Of a stretch of DNA of 64,000 nt, positions 1-12,574 are shown piece by piece. Position 1 is the stretch's first letter, and each line of letters starts with the position of its first letter. The stretch lies in assembly GCA_964016885.1 (NCBI GenBank), contig OZ024740.1, positions 274,474,001 through 274,538,000 on the forward strand, written 5' to 3'. Under the pieces are notes generated by a model. The model had not been told where the DNA came from and did no database searches. It was given only the letters and a program-made list of their open reading frames with translations. Both the position numbers and the translations under genes were made by a program. The DNA is from Eledone cirrhosa (lineage: Eukaryota).

Positions 1-81
1 TTGCGACCACTATTCTGCATTAGACATAATACAGAAACATAAAAACACAAGACCTACCTGCTACTCTATAAAAACAGACAT

Positions 82-152
82 TTATACAAAAATTATATAT
101 ATATATATTTGTTGCGTTTGTGTGTATCTATGTATATATATATATATATATG

Positions 153-186
<34 letters not shown>

Positions 187-208
187 AATATGTGTGTGGG
201 TGTATATA

Positions 209-249
<41 letters not shown>

Positions 250-263
250 ATACATATATATAT

Positions 264-317
<54 letters not shown>

Positions 318-347
318 ATACATATATATATACATATATATATAAAA

Positions 348-413
<66 letters not shown>

Positions 414-450
414 ATATATATAAAATAATATGTATATATATATATATACG

Positions 451-517
<67 letters not shown>

Positions 518-537
518 GTAAATATATATATATACAC

Positions 538-580
<43 letters not shown>

Positions 581-607
581 TATATGTATTGGTGTATGTA
601 GGTATGT

Positions 608-687
<80 letters not shown>

Positions 688-690
688 AAA
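82..690. repeat. (TA)n microsatellite with CA/TG interruptions. Similar tracts at about 960-1130, 7170-7232, 17715-17825, 24180-24340, 41340-41630, 47490-47895, 52505-53055, 54415-54965, 56100-56280, 59380-59855 and 61008-61310
   Basis: Dinucleotide runs directly visible; they produce the IY-repeat ORFs in the track. Confidence 0.98.
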
Positions 691-1039
691 CACAGACATG
701 TGAAAGTAGTTTCATAAATGTAGGCTTCAAATTTTACCTGTGTTACTAAAGTTAGTATAATTGAACAAAAGGTTTATCCCGTTAACTTTTCAATTATTGC
801 ACTGTATCTAAATTTAATCACAGAAATATGCACACAGACTCACACAGATACAACACTTACACTCATACTCATACATATAGTTGTGTGTATAAATTATGTA
901 TGCATCTATGTATTTCTGTTTTTATATTTCTTTCTCTCTATCTATCTATCTATCTATATACATATATATTTATGTGTATTATATATATATATATATATAT
1001 TTACATTTATATATATATATATATGTATAGACAAAAATG

Positions 1040-1076
<37 letters not shown>

Positions 1077-1903
1077 CATGCATATGTATGTATTTTGGAT
1101 ATATACAAGGCTTACAAATATATATATATGTGTGTGTTTGGGTGTGTTGTTTTGTGTATGCATGTAATTTTTTATTGAAAAAGAAGAGATTGTGTGTAGT
1201 TTGTATTTTCAAAAATCCTAGACAATAATAATCACAATAACAGACAGGCAAATACTAAAACTACAACTGCTGTAACTAGAACAAGTAAAATAACAAATAA
1301 CAACAACTTCATCGAAAGCAACAAGGAATTTTTTTTTTAATTATACTTGTAAATTTTATTATATGAGGAAACCAACAATGCAGGTGCGCAGATAAATAGC
1401 AAAAACAAAACTACAAACACACATAGGTATTATAGTAAAATAAACATTCCAAGGGGTTCCTGTGGCAGATATATAAATGGACAGACAAACAAACAAAATG
1501 TGTCTAAATGAAATGGACAAAAAAATGAAACATCAAATTAAAAAATCTCAGTGGAGTGAGTTTATAGAATATGAACTATGTAATTAAATCTTTAATGTAG
1601 AATTTATACCCACTCACTACAGAAAAATATCCCCATTGAATGAATGAAATTAGTAGAAAATAAAAGAAAAATAGTTTTTAATAAATTAAAGTAAAGGAAT
1701 GAAAATGAAAATTAATATTCATACACCCACTCACGTTTTTAGTAACCTTATAAAAAGAGTAGAAATTAAAAGAAATTAAATATAAATATATATATATATT
1801 AGTTTGATGTGGCAAATTTTTTCAAGCATGTCAGCTTCTGTGTTTTATAATGTGAAATATCAACAACAACGGCAATAATAATATCAATATCAATATCAAT
1901 ATC

Positions 1904-1904
<1 letters not shown>

Positions 1905-1958
<54 letters not shown>

Positions 1959-3040
1959 CCTTTATTTAGCCGCATTTAGAGACTTTACATACAATTCCAT
2001 TCATACATACAAAAGTACGAAACATTAAACGAAGTTTTACAAAGACCTGTGAGTGAGGACAAACATGTCATATAAAAACAAGGATAGGGGTGAAAGTTGT
2101 TTCACAATAAACATAAGGACAAATTCAAAATTTATGGGAGAATTTACAATTCATTACACAGAATAATTAAAAGTATAATAAAACCCCCAGTAAGTAAAAT
2201 CAAAGTTTAGTTGTAAAGAAGTGTAAACCACCCACAGATGCATTGGAAACCACTACCAATTCAGGACACTAGATAATTCTGATTACCTATCCACTCTGAA
2301 TTTTCCATATACTGTTAAATGTTTGAAGGTCAAAAACCTTTTGTGAGGGGCCTTTGGGTTAAAATAAGTGAGCCTATTGTTTTGTGGATAGTTGACATCA
2401 AATATAACAAAAAAATCCTTTGGAAATTCTTATTAATATCCTATCTGTCTTATTTTTAATTTGATCCCATCGCCACCCCTGCCTACAATACCACTAATCA
2501 TCACTAAATCAGGTAGAATGTCCTCTTGGAATTCATATACAAGCTCTATTAGATTTTCATTTGCATTGCAACAGGCTATTTACTTTATTTCATTTGTGGA
2601 GCCAATGCACTTCCTGGATGTGTAAGCTGTATTATGACATGTAAATGGCTAACATTTTTATGTCACTCAAAGCCATCCTATTTTATGGATGCAAAGATAC
2701 ACTCATTCTGAAATCCCAAACACTTCTAGTTTCATACATATCAGATAAGGACTATTCTAGTACTTAGTTTATTGAGATAGGAGAAGCACTGTATGATTGG
2801 TTCAGTATTTCCTTTAGTTTGGGGCATTGAATTTTAGTTTGGGAAGGAATGCAATGCATCTGGCTAACCTAACAGAAATGCACTACATGGAGCATTCCAG
2901 TAGTATTTCATATTACCCGAGTGATTCATACTTAAATTGGTATGTAATAAATTACTATATTTCATGTACCCCTCGTCCAACAAAAAAGTACATGAAAGTG
3001 GCAGTTAGATTTTCCTGATGTTTTAAACCCTTTCAACAAT
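1905..3040 (-). mobile_element. Old CR1/L2-like LINE 3' fragment with (ATT)n tail
   Basis: Minus strand ends AATAAAGGATTT-(ATT)n. Broken translation near 2950-2780 (W-N-A...ISVRLARCIAFLPKLK...KEIL..Y) resembles the post-RT region of CR1/L2 ORF2. Confidence 0.45.
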
Positions 3041-3047
3041 ATCTAAT

Positions 3048-3094
<47 letters not shown>

Positions 3095-3100
<6 letters not shown>

Positions 3101-3386
3101 AGATCAAAAGATGGTTAAAGGAGTTCCATATATGTTGATTTAAAACTGCACTATCAACAAGTGTTTTTTTAGCCTTCATATCATGTTCTCCTGTTTTATC
3201 TGATGAAAACGCAAATATTATTGTTTGATGATGTTTGTTTTTGAAATGCGCATAATAAAATATATGGAACTCCTTTAACCATCTTTTGATCTTATATTAT
3301 GCATACTCCAGTCCCACAAACTGTAGAGTGCTTCTTATCCGATATCTGCATTGCTTTATTGTACTACAATAAAACTCACCTCCTAC

Positions 3387-3390
<4 letters not shown>
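3095..3390 (+). mobile_element. Non-coding PLE pLTR mini-element with a short inverted 5' arm, inserted in (TA)n
   Basis: 3095-3130 is the reverse complement of about 3260-3298. Contains an HHR. The same terminus recurs at 24075-24170(-), 38100-38305, 55510-55772, 56690-56860 and 59295-59383. Confidence 0.8.
3194..3260 (+). ncRNA. Type I hammerhead ribozyme, intact core
   Basis: TTTTAT-CTGATGA-[about 16-bp stem II AAACGCAAATATTATT/GATGATGTTTGTTTTT]-GAAA-TGCGCA-TA^ATAAAA. Palindromic stem III ATGCGCAT. Predicted cut after 3254. Confidence 0.85.
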
Positions 3391-3434
<44 letters not shown>

Positions 3435-3435
<1 letters not shown>

Positions 3436-3862
3436 CATCATCATCATCATCCTTTAATATCCATCTTCCACACTAGCATGGGTTAGAAGGTTTTGTTCCA
3501 TTTGATGCAGGAATGGTTGTGAGACTGTGTCTCACTCATGCGGAAGTGTCTCTGGCAGGTTTTTTACAGCTGGATGCCATTCCTCCCTTCCTAACACCAA
3601 TCACATTTACAGTGTGGACTGGAGGCTTTTTGTTGTGTGACCCACACAGTGGACGGAAATGGGAGGATGGGGTAGAGTGTGTGTGTGGTGGGGTGTATAT
3701 TGGGTTAAGAGGTACCTACTGACTGTAGGTTTGTATGCAAGGGAAGGAGAGTCTTCTGTACAACTGCATGGCACCAAAGATCTTGATCCAGTGTCATTGT
3801 CTTAGAGAGGTGTAAGTGAGCAAAGTCAGTTTTTATCACCTTGTCCCAAGTTTTTCTTAGTC
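3435..3862 (-). mobile_element. RTE LINE 3' end with SINE-like 3' UTR and (ATG)n tail
   Basis: Minus strand KTWDKVIKTD...HLSKTMTLDQDLW matches the LINE ends at 48907-49119 and 53730-53930. (CAT)n at 3435-3452. Confidence 0.75.
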
Positions 3863-3867
3863 TATAT

Positions 3868-4135
3868 ATCCAGGGAGTGTAACGTGGAGTTACTGTAGGT
3901 TCAGCCGGGTGAGCACTCGATGTTTAGGTTCACGTCAGTATCGAGGTGTAGAGCCAGACAGAGTGTAATATAATAATAACACAAGGATGAATGGTTACTC
4001 CTTCATTACATTTATTGGTTGGTGATGAACATTTTGCTACTGATCAGCTCAAGGCTCGATCTGATCAGTAGCAAAACATGTGTCACCAACCAATAAACGT
4101 AATGAAGGAGTAACCATTTGTCCTTGCGTTATTAT
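3868..4135. mobile_element. Fold-back PLE mini-element (about 75-bp inverted arms 3972-4047/4061-4134) with the 3' half of an HHR
   Basis: Arms directly visible. AAAA-CATGTG-TC resembles decayed GAAA-CATGTG-TC. The left arm carries an extra tail with the GAGTGCT hairpin. Confidence 0.7.
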
Positions 4136-4147
4136 ATATATATATAT

Positions 4148-4808
4148 ATACTGATTAATGTTCAGAGCCATCCTCTGCATTCATGTGTAGCACCGATCCA
4201 CCATCTGGGTGAGTTTCTTGGCCAGTGTCCAAGTCTCAGACCCGTACAGCAGCACAGACTCCACTACAGCAATGAAGAGGTGGATCTTCAGGTCTTTATG
4301 AAGGTCTGACTTCCACACCGATCTCAAGCTCTGGCACGCCGCCCAGGCTTTGATCTTCCTCTCGACCACATCATCTTTCGTATTCCCAATCTTTGCTACC
4401 AAATACAGGAAGTCCTCAACCAATTCTAGCGGCTTCTCACCTGCATTAGTAATCTTCTCTGGCTTCTTAATATTCTCTACCAGATATTTCATCTTAATAT
4501 CATTCATTCCCAGCTTCACGCTCATCAACACAGTCTCCACCTCCCAAAAGTCAGCTCAAAAGTGACACAGAGGAGACTGATGTTAGCTGGATATGCTCAC
4601 CAACATCCAGAGTTGACACTGCACTCAGTGCTCCTGTGGGAGCCCCTGCATGGACACACTGGAAGAGGAATACCGAGGTTAACATATGTTGATGCCCTAA
4701 GGACAGACACTGGTCTCTTGAAGATGCAGGACATGGCAGCGATAATGAGGGACAGAGACCGCTGGAGAGAACTCGTCCATGGATCTCAGGAATTTTACCT
4801 GCCCTAGT
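4148..4808. mobile_element. 5'-inverted RTE-clade LINE fragment (4148-4545 minus, 4550-4808 plus)
   Basis: Minus: VEDFLYL...ESVLLYGSETW. Plus: QRRLMLAGY...GRGIPRLTYVD...MRDRDRW. These are consecutive ORF2 C-terminal segments in opposite orientation. Confidence 0.85.
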
Positions 4809-5709
4809 TATATATATATATATAAAGTGATATATGTATATGTTATTTAAATATATATCATACTAGATGTCAATGTCTCAGAAGTCATATGGATCTTAGT
4901 TAGAGTTTAACAGCATGAAGTGAAAAAGAAAGAAATTTCCCTCTCAAGAATAATGATTACAGATTTTCCTGTTACTGAAAGGGAAGTGAATTAAAATGAT
5001 ATATAAATTGTTACATCAAAAATGGAGTATTTGAACTATTGACCAATCAACAGGTAGTTCTATACTCTTATCTTCCACTCAATCATCTTATCTTTTTCTG
5101 TGTATGATATGTGTGGCAGCAGAATGGGTAAATGTATATTATACTGGATTACCTACAAATAATAAGTATAATTTTACTACAGGTGTAATACTTAGTTAGT
5201 TGAGCAGTTTACATATATATGCTCACAATATTTTATTTAAGAAATGAGATGAGATAACTATTCTTCTGAAAATATTGCATGTAATAGTCTGGAATCTGAT
5301 ATAGATGTATAGGAGTTATCATTCATCTACTTAACATTGTGTCACTAGAACTAAGTAGATTTATTAAGAACCAGTTGTTTAAGCCTGATGAATATATTTG
5401 TTAACATAATATATTCATACACAGAACAAAAGTACTACCCAAGGTTTCACAGCTCAAATTAAACCATTCCTTCTGATTACAAGAGGCATCAAATTTGTGA
5501 CCTTTCTTCAGGTATTTACAAGAACTTATATGATATTTTGAGAAGTAAAGTGCGCTCAAAACGCTTGTTTATGAAAAATCTTATAACTATATTTCTCCAA
5601 AATGGCTGACTGAATACACACGTGGTTTTTCTGATTTTTTTTTTATTCCTTCCTTTTCTCACCCTCTATCTTTCTATTTCATGATTTTCATGATTGATTT
5701 CTCATTCTT

Positions 5710-5745
5710 TCTTCTGATGAAGGACTAGTGTCTGAAATGTAAAGA
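5710..5745 (+). ncRNA. Minimal type I hammerhead ribozyme in an old PLE pLTR (about 5540-5832)
   Basis: TCTT-CTGATGA-AGGAC-TAGT-GTCT-GAAA-TG-TA^AAGA. Stem III ATGT is probably CpG-decayed ACGT. Confidence 0.7.
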
Positions 5746-5834
5746 TTATTTTCCTACTATATCAAGCTTTAAACTCATATATTTCATCATTGTACTGTTT
5801 TGGTTGATTTGTTGTTTCCGTTTACTTTTTGCAT

Positions 5835-5883
<49 letters not shown>

Positions 5884-5912
5884 AATGTATAATAAACAAT
5901 ACAATATAATTA

Positions 5913-5980
5913 CCTCATTACCAGAGGTTTCCCGAATAAGACGAATACAAGAAACGTCCGCATTCGTTCATTAGACAAGG
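5913..5980 (-). ncRNA. Decayed type I hammerhead ribozyme (G5A) at the end of a PLE 3' UTR (about 5880-6780)
   Basis: Minus: CCTTGT-CTAATGA-ACGAATGC...GTATTCGT..-GAAA-CCTCTGG-TA^ATGAGG. Confidence 0.6.
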
Positions 5981-6788
5981 CAATTTAAAATAGTGAAATA
6001 TTTGAAAAATGTTCTCAAGAAAGGCAAAAGTTTAACGGGAAAAAAATATATATAAATAAAATTAATAATACAAGAGATATATAAAAATAAAATAAAGAAA
6101 TATAGTAAGGGGATGTGTATAAATGTGTGTATATGTACCTACAAATGTACATATGTGTGTATGTACAAATGCATGTGTATAGTGAAAAAATGTGTGCGTA
6201 TGTACATACATGAGGGCAAGCATATTAGTATATGTGTGACCACAAATACGTATATAATATATGTTGAAAAAGGAAATTGTAAGATAATAGAGTTAGCGTA
6301 CATACAGACTCATGGACTAAGAAATGAAATATATACACATACAAGGATAAAAGGACGCACGCGTATAAACATACACACACGTGCAACCACACACATGTAT
6401 GTGATATATACAGGGAAGGGAGCGTATCAGTCAAAGCAGTGTCAGACTGAAGGTCGATACAGATGTAAGAATATAAAATATGAAAAATTAATGAAATAAA
6501 ATATAAGATAATAAAAATTAAGGCAAAGAGAAAGTAAGTGGGAGGGGTTATCAATTATAAAGTAACACTAAAAAAAATTATAAATAAAGAGTAGAAAACA
6601 TGCAGAAGTTCGTACGCACAAATTTATATATATAAATATATATATATACGTACAGACAAAAACAAGCACAAAAGGATACATACACATACATGCTTGCATA
6701 CATACAAAAGCACGCATACATACACACGATACACATATATATACATACATGTACATCTAAACACACGCACGCGACCATATATATATAT

Positions 6789-7166
6789 ATATTTCAGAGG
6801 TACTGAGCTATCTTCAACAGTACGTCCTCATCAGATAAAAGAAGATGAGGCATGACATACCCTGACTAAGTAGATGGTTAAAATTCAGTCATGGCATTGA
6901 ATGCCATGACTGAATCTTAACCATCTACTTAGTCAGGGTATGTCATGCATCATCTTAATTTATCTAATAAGGACGTACTGTTGAAGATAGCTCAGTACCT
7001 CTGAAATATGTTTAATAAAATATACTTGATCACATGAATGTCTATTTTTGTTAATATTTTGAATTAATATTAATAACTCCGGAAAACCAAACTGTGGAGT
7101 GCTTCTCATCTATTGAAAAACTTTATTCTTTGATTTATTCATTGAACCTTGTTTAACCTTTAATAA

Positions 7167-7170
<4 letters not shown>
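6789..7170. mobile_element. Palindromic PLE mini-element; 110-bp arms 6789-6898/6900-7009 each carry HHR sequence
   Basis: Near-perfect palindrome centred on G6899. The minus arm has intact CTGATGA..GAAA running into (TA)n. The plus arm has CTAATAA..GAAA-TATGTT-TA^ATAAAA plus a tail. Confidence 0.85.
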
Positions 7171-7234
<64 letters not shown>

Positions 7235-9300
7235 TAAAACATGTCTATAGAATCACCAGATAAAATATATACCATTTCTTCTCCCAATTAGCATAATTGA
7301 CCATATAAAAAATCGAATAGACCAAGCTATAAGAATAAGGCTTCTATGAAGAAATCTCCAACAAACAACCGAAGCCAGCCCTTCTTGCCGGCTGCGACGG
7401 AATATTTATCGAATATTTCGACAGCGTAATCGCCCAGATATACAGTGAATTAAACAGAATTAGGTGTAAAATAAACTAGGAGAAAAGAGAATACATTTAT
7501 TTACCTCGACCATGGTTTCGTCCGCATTTTAAGATATCCGATAGCTTCGGGACCTTGAGCACCGGACTCTTCAGGGGTTAGCTCAAATCTAGACAATAAA
7601 TTTATATATATATATATATAAGTATGTAAAAAACGTAAAAGCACACATACACACACACATATACACATACATGCACACATACGAATGCATTTGTATACAT
7701 ATACAAACACGTATACACATATATGCACACATACACGCATACATACATATATAGAAGCCAGCCGTATGAATAAATTGGTACAAGATATATGCAAGTAAAC
7801 ATACATAAAAGCGGCTGAGGGACAACAGAATATATCTGGAGTTAAAAATACAAGTGACAAGTGATATCAGGTAGTGAAAAAAAAAGGGGGGGGGGTAAAA
7901 TATGTAAAAATGTAAAGATATAAAGTAAGTGAATAAAAAAACAGGGGTGGGGTGACACTAGTGTAAGTGAAGTAAAAATAAAAATAAAAATAAAAATAAA
8001 AATAAAAATAAAAATAAAAATAAAAATAAATCAGAAAGAGAAGTCTGTAAAGAAGGTATGTTAAGGAAAGTGAAGAACAAGAGTTTATGGAGGATAAGTA
8101 TCTGAAAGTGAGTTAAGTTTATGTGAGCTGGAAAGCAAGTGTGATTTCTTGTGTGGGCAACTGGTAAAAATTTCTGTTTTTGCATTTAGGCAGGTTTTTG
8201 GTGATTTAAGGTACTGTAAAATCCAATATTTTTCACTTCTGCAGAGTGCGCATCTTCTTGTTCCTCTTGTATATTCTTTAGATTGGTTCAAAATTGAACA
8301 ATCTAACTTATATTGGATACCTTGGTTTTTTAAATCCCATATTCTGCTAGCAAGAGCTGTTGTAAATCTTTTTTCAGGATGTCGGAAAGATGCGACATGT
8401 GAGTAATAACGCGTTTTGAATTTGTCTTGTGTCATACCCACATATCGTTCGCTGGTGGCTGGTAGGTTGTTGCTGGTGGTTCTCACTTTAGCCTGTAATG
8501 GGCATTCACTTTTGACTCAACAGGAGCAATTTTTGATGTTCTCTGGGTATTTTCTTATTGAGGATATAAGATTTAATAGGGGGACCGCAGGAGTAACTGA
8601 TTTTGACACAGTTTCTATTGAAGATCTTATAGTATCTATGTGTTCTAGGGAAATGTTTATCTAAGACAGTAGGCAGATCTAGGTTTATATCTAGAAAATT
8701 AACATTAGAAAGGTTAGTGCCAATGGTAATTTTAAGATTAAAACTAGCGAAGGTTTTTATTAAGTCTTTCCTGAATCTGTCTAAGTCATGGCCTATAGTG
8801 GTATAGGAAAGTATTAGACCATCGTAACGATAAAGCCCAAAGATATGGTTAGTGAATTTCTCTTTAAGTGTGTGTAGGAAGAATAGCCCGACTAAATCAC
8901 ACACGTCAACACTGTCAAAAGAACCCATTGAGACATCGAATGGGTTCTCTGGGTTAGATTTTTTTAACCCAAGTATCATTATTAGTAAACAGTAAAGTGT
9001 TTCTAGCATGCAAAATGACATTCTCTTCAATATCAGAAATATTGATAAACTTTTTAGCGAAATTTAATGCTTTCGTTAAAATAGGGTGAATAATAGACGA
9101 GTAGAAGTCTACAATGTCAAATTGGGTGAATCTAGAACTATTTTTATTTTTAATATTATTAAACCAATGTATTACAGAAGAGCTATTTATCCATTGGAGT
9201 AATTCAGACTTACTTCTAATATATCTGTTTAGCTCTGTAACGTACATAGAGCAGTTTTCACTCCTATTACTTTTTCAATTTCCAACGGAAACTTCAATAC
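7235..9300 (-). mobile_element. 5'-truncated, frameshifted Penelope-like element (Hydra-clade-like RT plus C-terminal GIY-YIG)
   Basis: ORFs 8954-9247 (FTQFDIVDFYSSI), 8506-9030 (FDVSMGSFDS, GLYRYDGL, NFLDINLDL) and 8085-8486 (YVGMTQDKFKTRYYSH, CALCRSEK, CPH). Internal deletion after the FLD motif. 3' UTR carries an HHR. Confidence 0.9.
7501..7580 (-). ncRNA. Type I hammerhead ribozyme in PLE pLTR
   Basis: Minus: AACCC-CTGAAGA-GTCCG...CGGAC-GAAA-CCATGG-TC^GAGGT. Palindromic stem III ACCATGGT and a GUC triplet. Stem I is imperfect. Confidence 0.8.
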
Positions 9301-9325
9301 TTATATATATATATATATATATATA

Positions 9326-9751
9326 TATTTCGTTTCTGAATTTGTTTAGCAAGATTCTTTATCTAAAATCGTGTGTTGAAACCGATATTGTTATACTTTG
9401 GGAGGGTCATGTTGCCAATAAGAAACACACGCACCAGTTGCTTTCACTTCAATTTTGTTTCTGTGTGTGTGTTCACACACACACACACAGAAACAAAATG
9501 GCGTAGGATAGAAGAAAGGAAAGGCACAGAAACAAAGGAAGGAATCCCCAGTCACTGAAGAGGTCACAGAGTGTGTGACGAAAGGACTATGACTATATAT
9601 AAACAACTATCTGGTTGTGGAACCAACCAACCAACCAGAAATTTATAGGTTTGTAAATTTGTAAATTTATAAATTTATAAATATATAATAAATTGAAGTG
9701 AAAGCAACTGGTGCGTGTGTTTCTTATTGGCAACATGACCCTCCCAAAGTA

Positions 9752-9755
<4 letters not shown>
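9326..9755 (+). mobile_element. Short PLE pLTR copy with inverted 5' arm, same family as 32305-33310
   Basis: 9390-9453 is inverted relative to about 9691-9755. Near-identical to the ends of 32305-33310. Confidence 0.85.
9550..9594 (+). ncRNA. Minimal type I hammerhead ribozyme
   Basis: AGTCA-CTGAAGA-G-GTCAC-AGAGTGT-GTGAC-GAAA-GGAC-TA^TGACT. Identical at 33103-33147. Confidence 0.8.
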
Positions 9756-9804
<49 letters not shown>

Positions 9805-9806
<2 letters not shown>

Positions 9807-12410
9807 CAAAGGAATTGTGGTAAGGAACCAGATGGACCATAAAGCACCAGAATACTCAATACTTAGGGTAGTAGAGTGTGAATCGGAAAAAGTATGACCC
9901 CGACGGCAGAGCTCAAGCCGTTTCAACGGCTATTTCTGGACTAAATTAGAATTTTTAGCCTGGTGAATAAATAGCCGAACTTGTCAAGGGGGTACTTATA
10001 TGGGAAGATTGTAGTTGTCAATAGGATTGGTTAAAATTTATTGTAAACACAAATAAGTCTATCATGGCATTTGGTGGTAGGTGGCTGAACTTGCCAGTAA
10101 AAAGTTCCTAGACCGAGTTATACCAAAAGTTAAGCAAAATGTGAGACTTAGCCTAAGGGTCAGCACCCAGGAAGTAATCTCATGGTTCACGAATATGGAG
10201 GACAAACAAGACACAAAATTCATCCAGTTTGACATAGAGAGTTACTATGCATCTATTACCTTACCGCTCCTTACTTGGACTTTGCCGAAACACTCACACC
10301 GATCACTGAGCAGGAAAAAAATATCATTCTCCACGCCAGGAAGACAGTCCTACTTTTCGACAACTCTAAGTGGATAAAGAGAGCTCCCGACTCCCCCTTC
10401 GACGTCAGTATGGGCGCGACGGATTCGGCCGAGGTCACAGATCTTATAGGATTATTCCTACTATTTAAATTCACCGAAATGTTTCCTGCATTCAGCGGTG
10501 GATTGTACCGGGGTGATGGGCTCCTCACCCTCAAAGGGTACAACCCCAGTAGTACAGACCGGGTCCGTAAACAACTAATAAACTTCTTCCGGGACTGGGG
10601 ATTTAAAATCACCCTACAAACGTCCCTAACCCGAGTCAATTTCCTGGACTTTACCCGTAACCTCGAAAATGATCTGTACTACCATACAGGAAACCAAACG
10701 ACAACCTGCACTACATCCACCGCTGATCTAACCATCCTAGAAACATCACCAATAACCTGGTTAAAAACATCTCCCTCCGCATATCTCGTTTGTCCGCTAA
10801 TGAGCAGATATTCGACGAACACGCGCCTCATTACAACCAGGCTCTCAAGCGGAGTGGCTTCTGGGAGGAAATATCCTTTTATCCAGCTTCCCTTAGCGGA
10901 TCCAGCAGGCGACACCGCCGCTCAAGCAACGTAACGTGGTTCAATCATCCCCATAATGCCGAGGTGACAACACCTATCGGGAAAATATTCTTTAGACTCC
11001 TCGTAAAACACTCCCACTACAACACCGCTACCACAACATAATCAACAAAAACACCATCAAACTCTCCTATAGCACCACACCTAACTTCGCACAAAACATC
11101 GTCTCCTCAAACAACAAAAAACTCAACCCCTATGGAAGAAACAACCTGGACATCAGTGGAAAGCCGACCAGGAGGTGTAACTGCCCTGATAGATCTACGT
11201 GCCCCCTCAACAACAAATACCGAGAACGTAACGTGATCTACCAGTGGAACGTGAGGACGGACACCTCCAACAAAGCTTATATAGGATTAACCGCGTGTGA
11301 CTTCAAGACCCGGCTCTACCAACACCGACATACTTTCCGAAACCCGGTCCGGTGACATGCCACTACACATTCGGGCCACATCTGGGTCCTCCAAGATAAT
11401 AATATAACCTACAATCTCACTTCGAACTTATTGCCCATAGCTAACTCTCACACGGGATGACGCCGTCCGTGTAACATATGGTCGGAGGAAACATTACAAA
11501 TGTTGTTTTCGAAGGACCAACTCCTAAACAAGAAAGACGAACTGGTAACCGCATGCAAACACAGATTGCGTAGGACTTACCTCGACCTCAAACCCCATAA
11601 CGACCCGGGTGGGTAGACAAGGGCTAATAACCCCCACTTGCCGAATAAGTTAGGGAAAACCCCAGCTTACATAGGTAGATGTAGCTCTTTTCTTTTCCTC
11701 TTTGTCGTCTTCTTCCCCCTGTCTCATCCTATCACTTCCTTCCACCCCCTATTTTCTTCCTCATCTGATTTCCCCCTTTCGCCTACCACGATGTAGCCCA
11801 TCGGGCCTCTGTAGCATCAGTTCCCCCACCGCTGTAATTTTAAGATAGAATTGGCCGAATACGTTTTACTAACTACTTATAGCAAATGTGTTAAAACCCC
11901 TTTAATTTTGTATCAGTTTTGTTACTACTCCTTCTACAAGTTTTTTTTTTATTCTCAACTTATTAACCTGTAATTGTAAGATAGCATTGTGATTTTTTTA
12001 ATTAATTTCTCACTATCTAATTTTATATATTTTTTATTTATTTCTATTATCTTTTATTGTCTCCTACTCTCATTCGATTTACCTATTCTATAACCTCCCT
12101 CCTCCACTTCATACACTATCCTTAGAATCTGCTGTATACATATCAACTTCAACGCTTGACCACTCCACTCACTCCCCTATTGTTCTACAGGCAAGTTCAT
12201 CCACCCCTACCTCCCTCCAAATGCCATGATAGACTTATTTGTGTTTACAATAAATTTTAACCAATCCTCTTGACAACTACAATATTCCCATATAAGGAAG
12301 TACCCCCTTGACAAGTTCGGCTATTTATTTACCAGGCTAAAAATTCTAATTTAGTCCAGAAATAGCTGTCGAAACGGCTTGAGCTCTGCCGTCGGGGTCA
12401 TACTTTTTCC
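9805..12410 (+). mobile_element. 5'-truncated Hydra-clade-like PLE with inverted pLTR arm (about 9805-10095 vs 12190-12410)
   Basis: FIQFDIESYYASI, FDVSMGATDSAEVTDLIG, GLYRGDGL, NFLD, WFNHP, CNCPDRSTCPL (CxCx5C linker) and YIGLTACDFKTRLYQH, with frameshifts. About 210-bp inverted repeat, flanked by (TA)n on both sides. Confidence 0.92.
12298..12405 (+). ncRNA. Type I hammerhead ribozyme with U3-A8 core (mirror copy 9890-9997, minus)
   Basis: AAGTACCCCC-TTGACAA-GTTCGGCTATTT...AAATAGCTGTC-GAAA-CGGC-TTGAGCTCT-GCCG-TC^GGGGTCATACTT. Confidence 0.75.
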
Positions 12411-12574
12411 TATATATATATAGTAAATGAAGGTAGAATAACGTGTTCAGTGTACAATAGGTTTTATTTAAAGTATTAACAATTTTTTCATTAGTCCAGT
12501 GTGTCTAAACTTTGATTGATTACCTTAAACGATATCTTGTTAACTTATATATATATATATATATCATCATCAAC

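Noticed and set aside
82-730. Long IY/YI-repeat ORFs here and at 47349-47946, 52395-53150, 54306-54997, 59182-60074 and elsewhere
   Set aside because: (TA)n microsatellites lack stop codons; these are not proteins.
9326-9755. DNA-transposon MITE interpretation of the inverted-arm elements
   Set aside because: The arms are unequal, contain HHRs and match PLE 3' ends. True MITEs here (35467, 31498) have short TIRs with TSDs.
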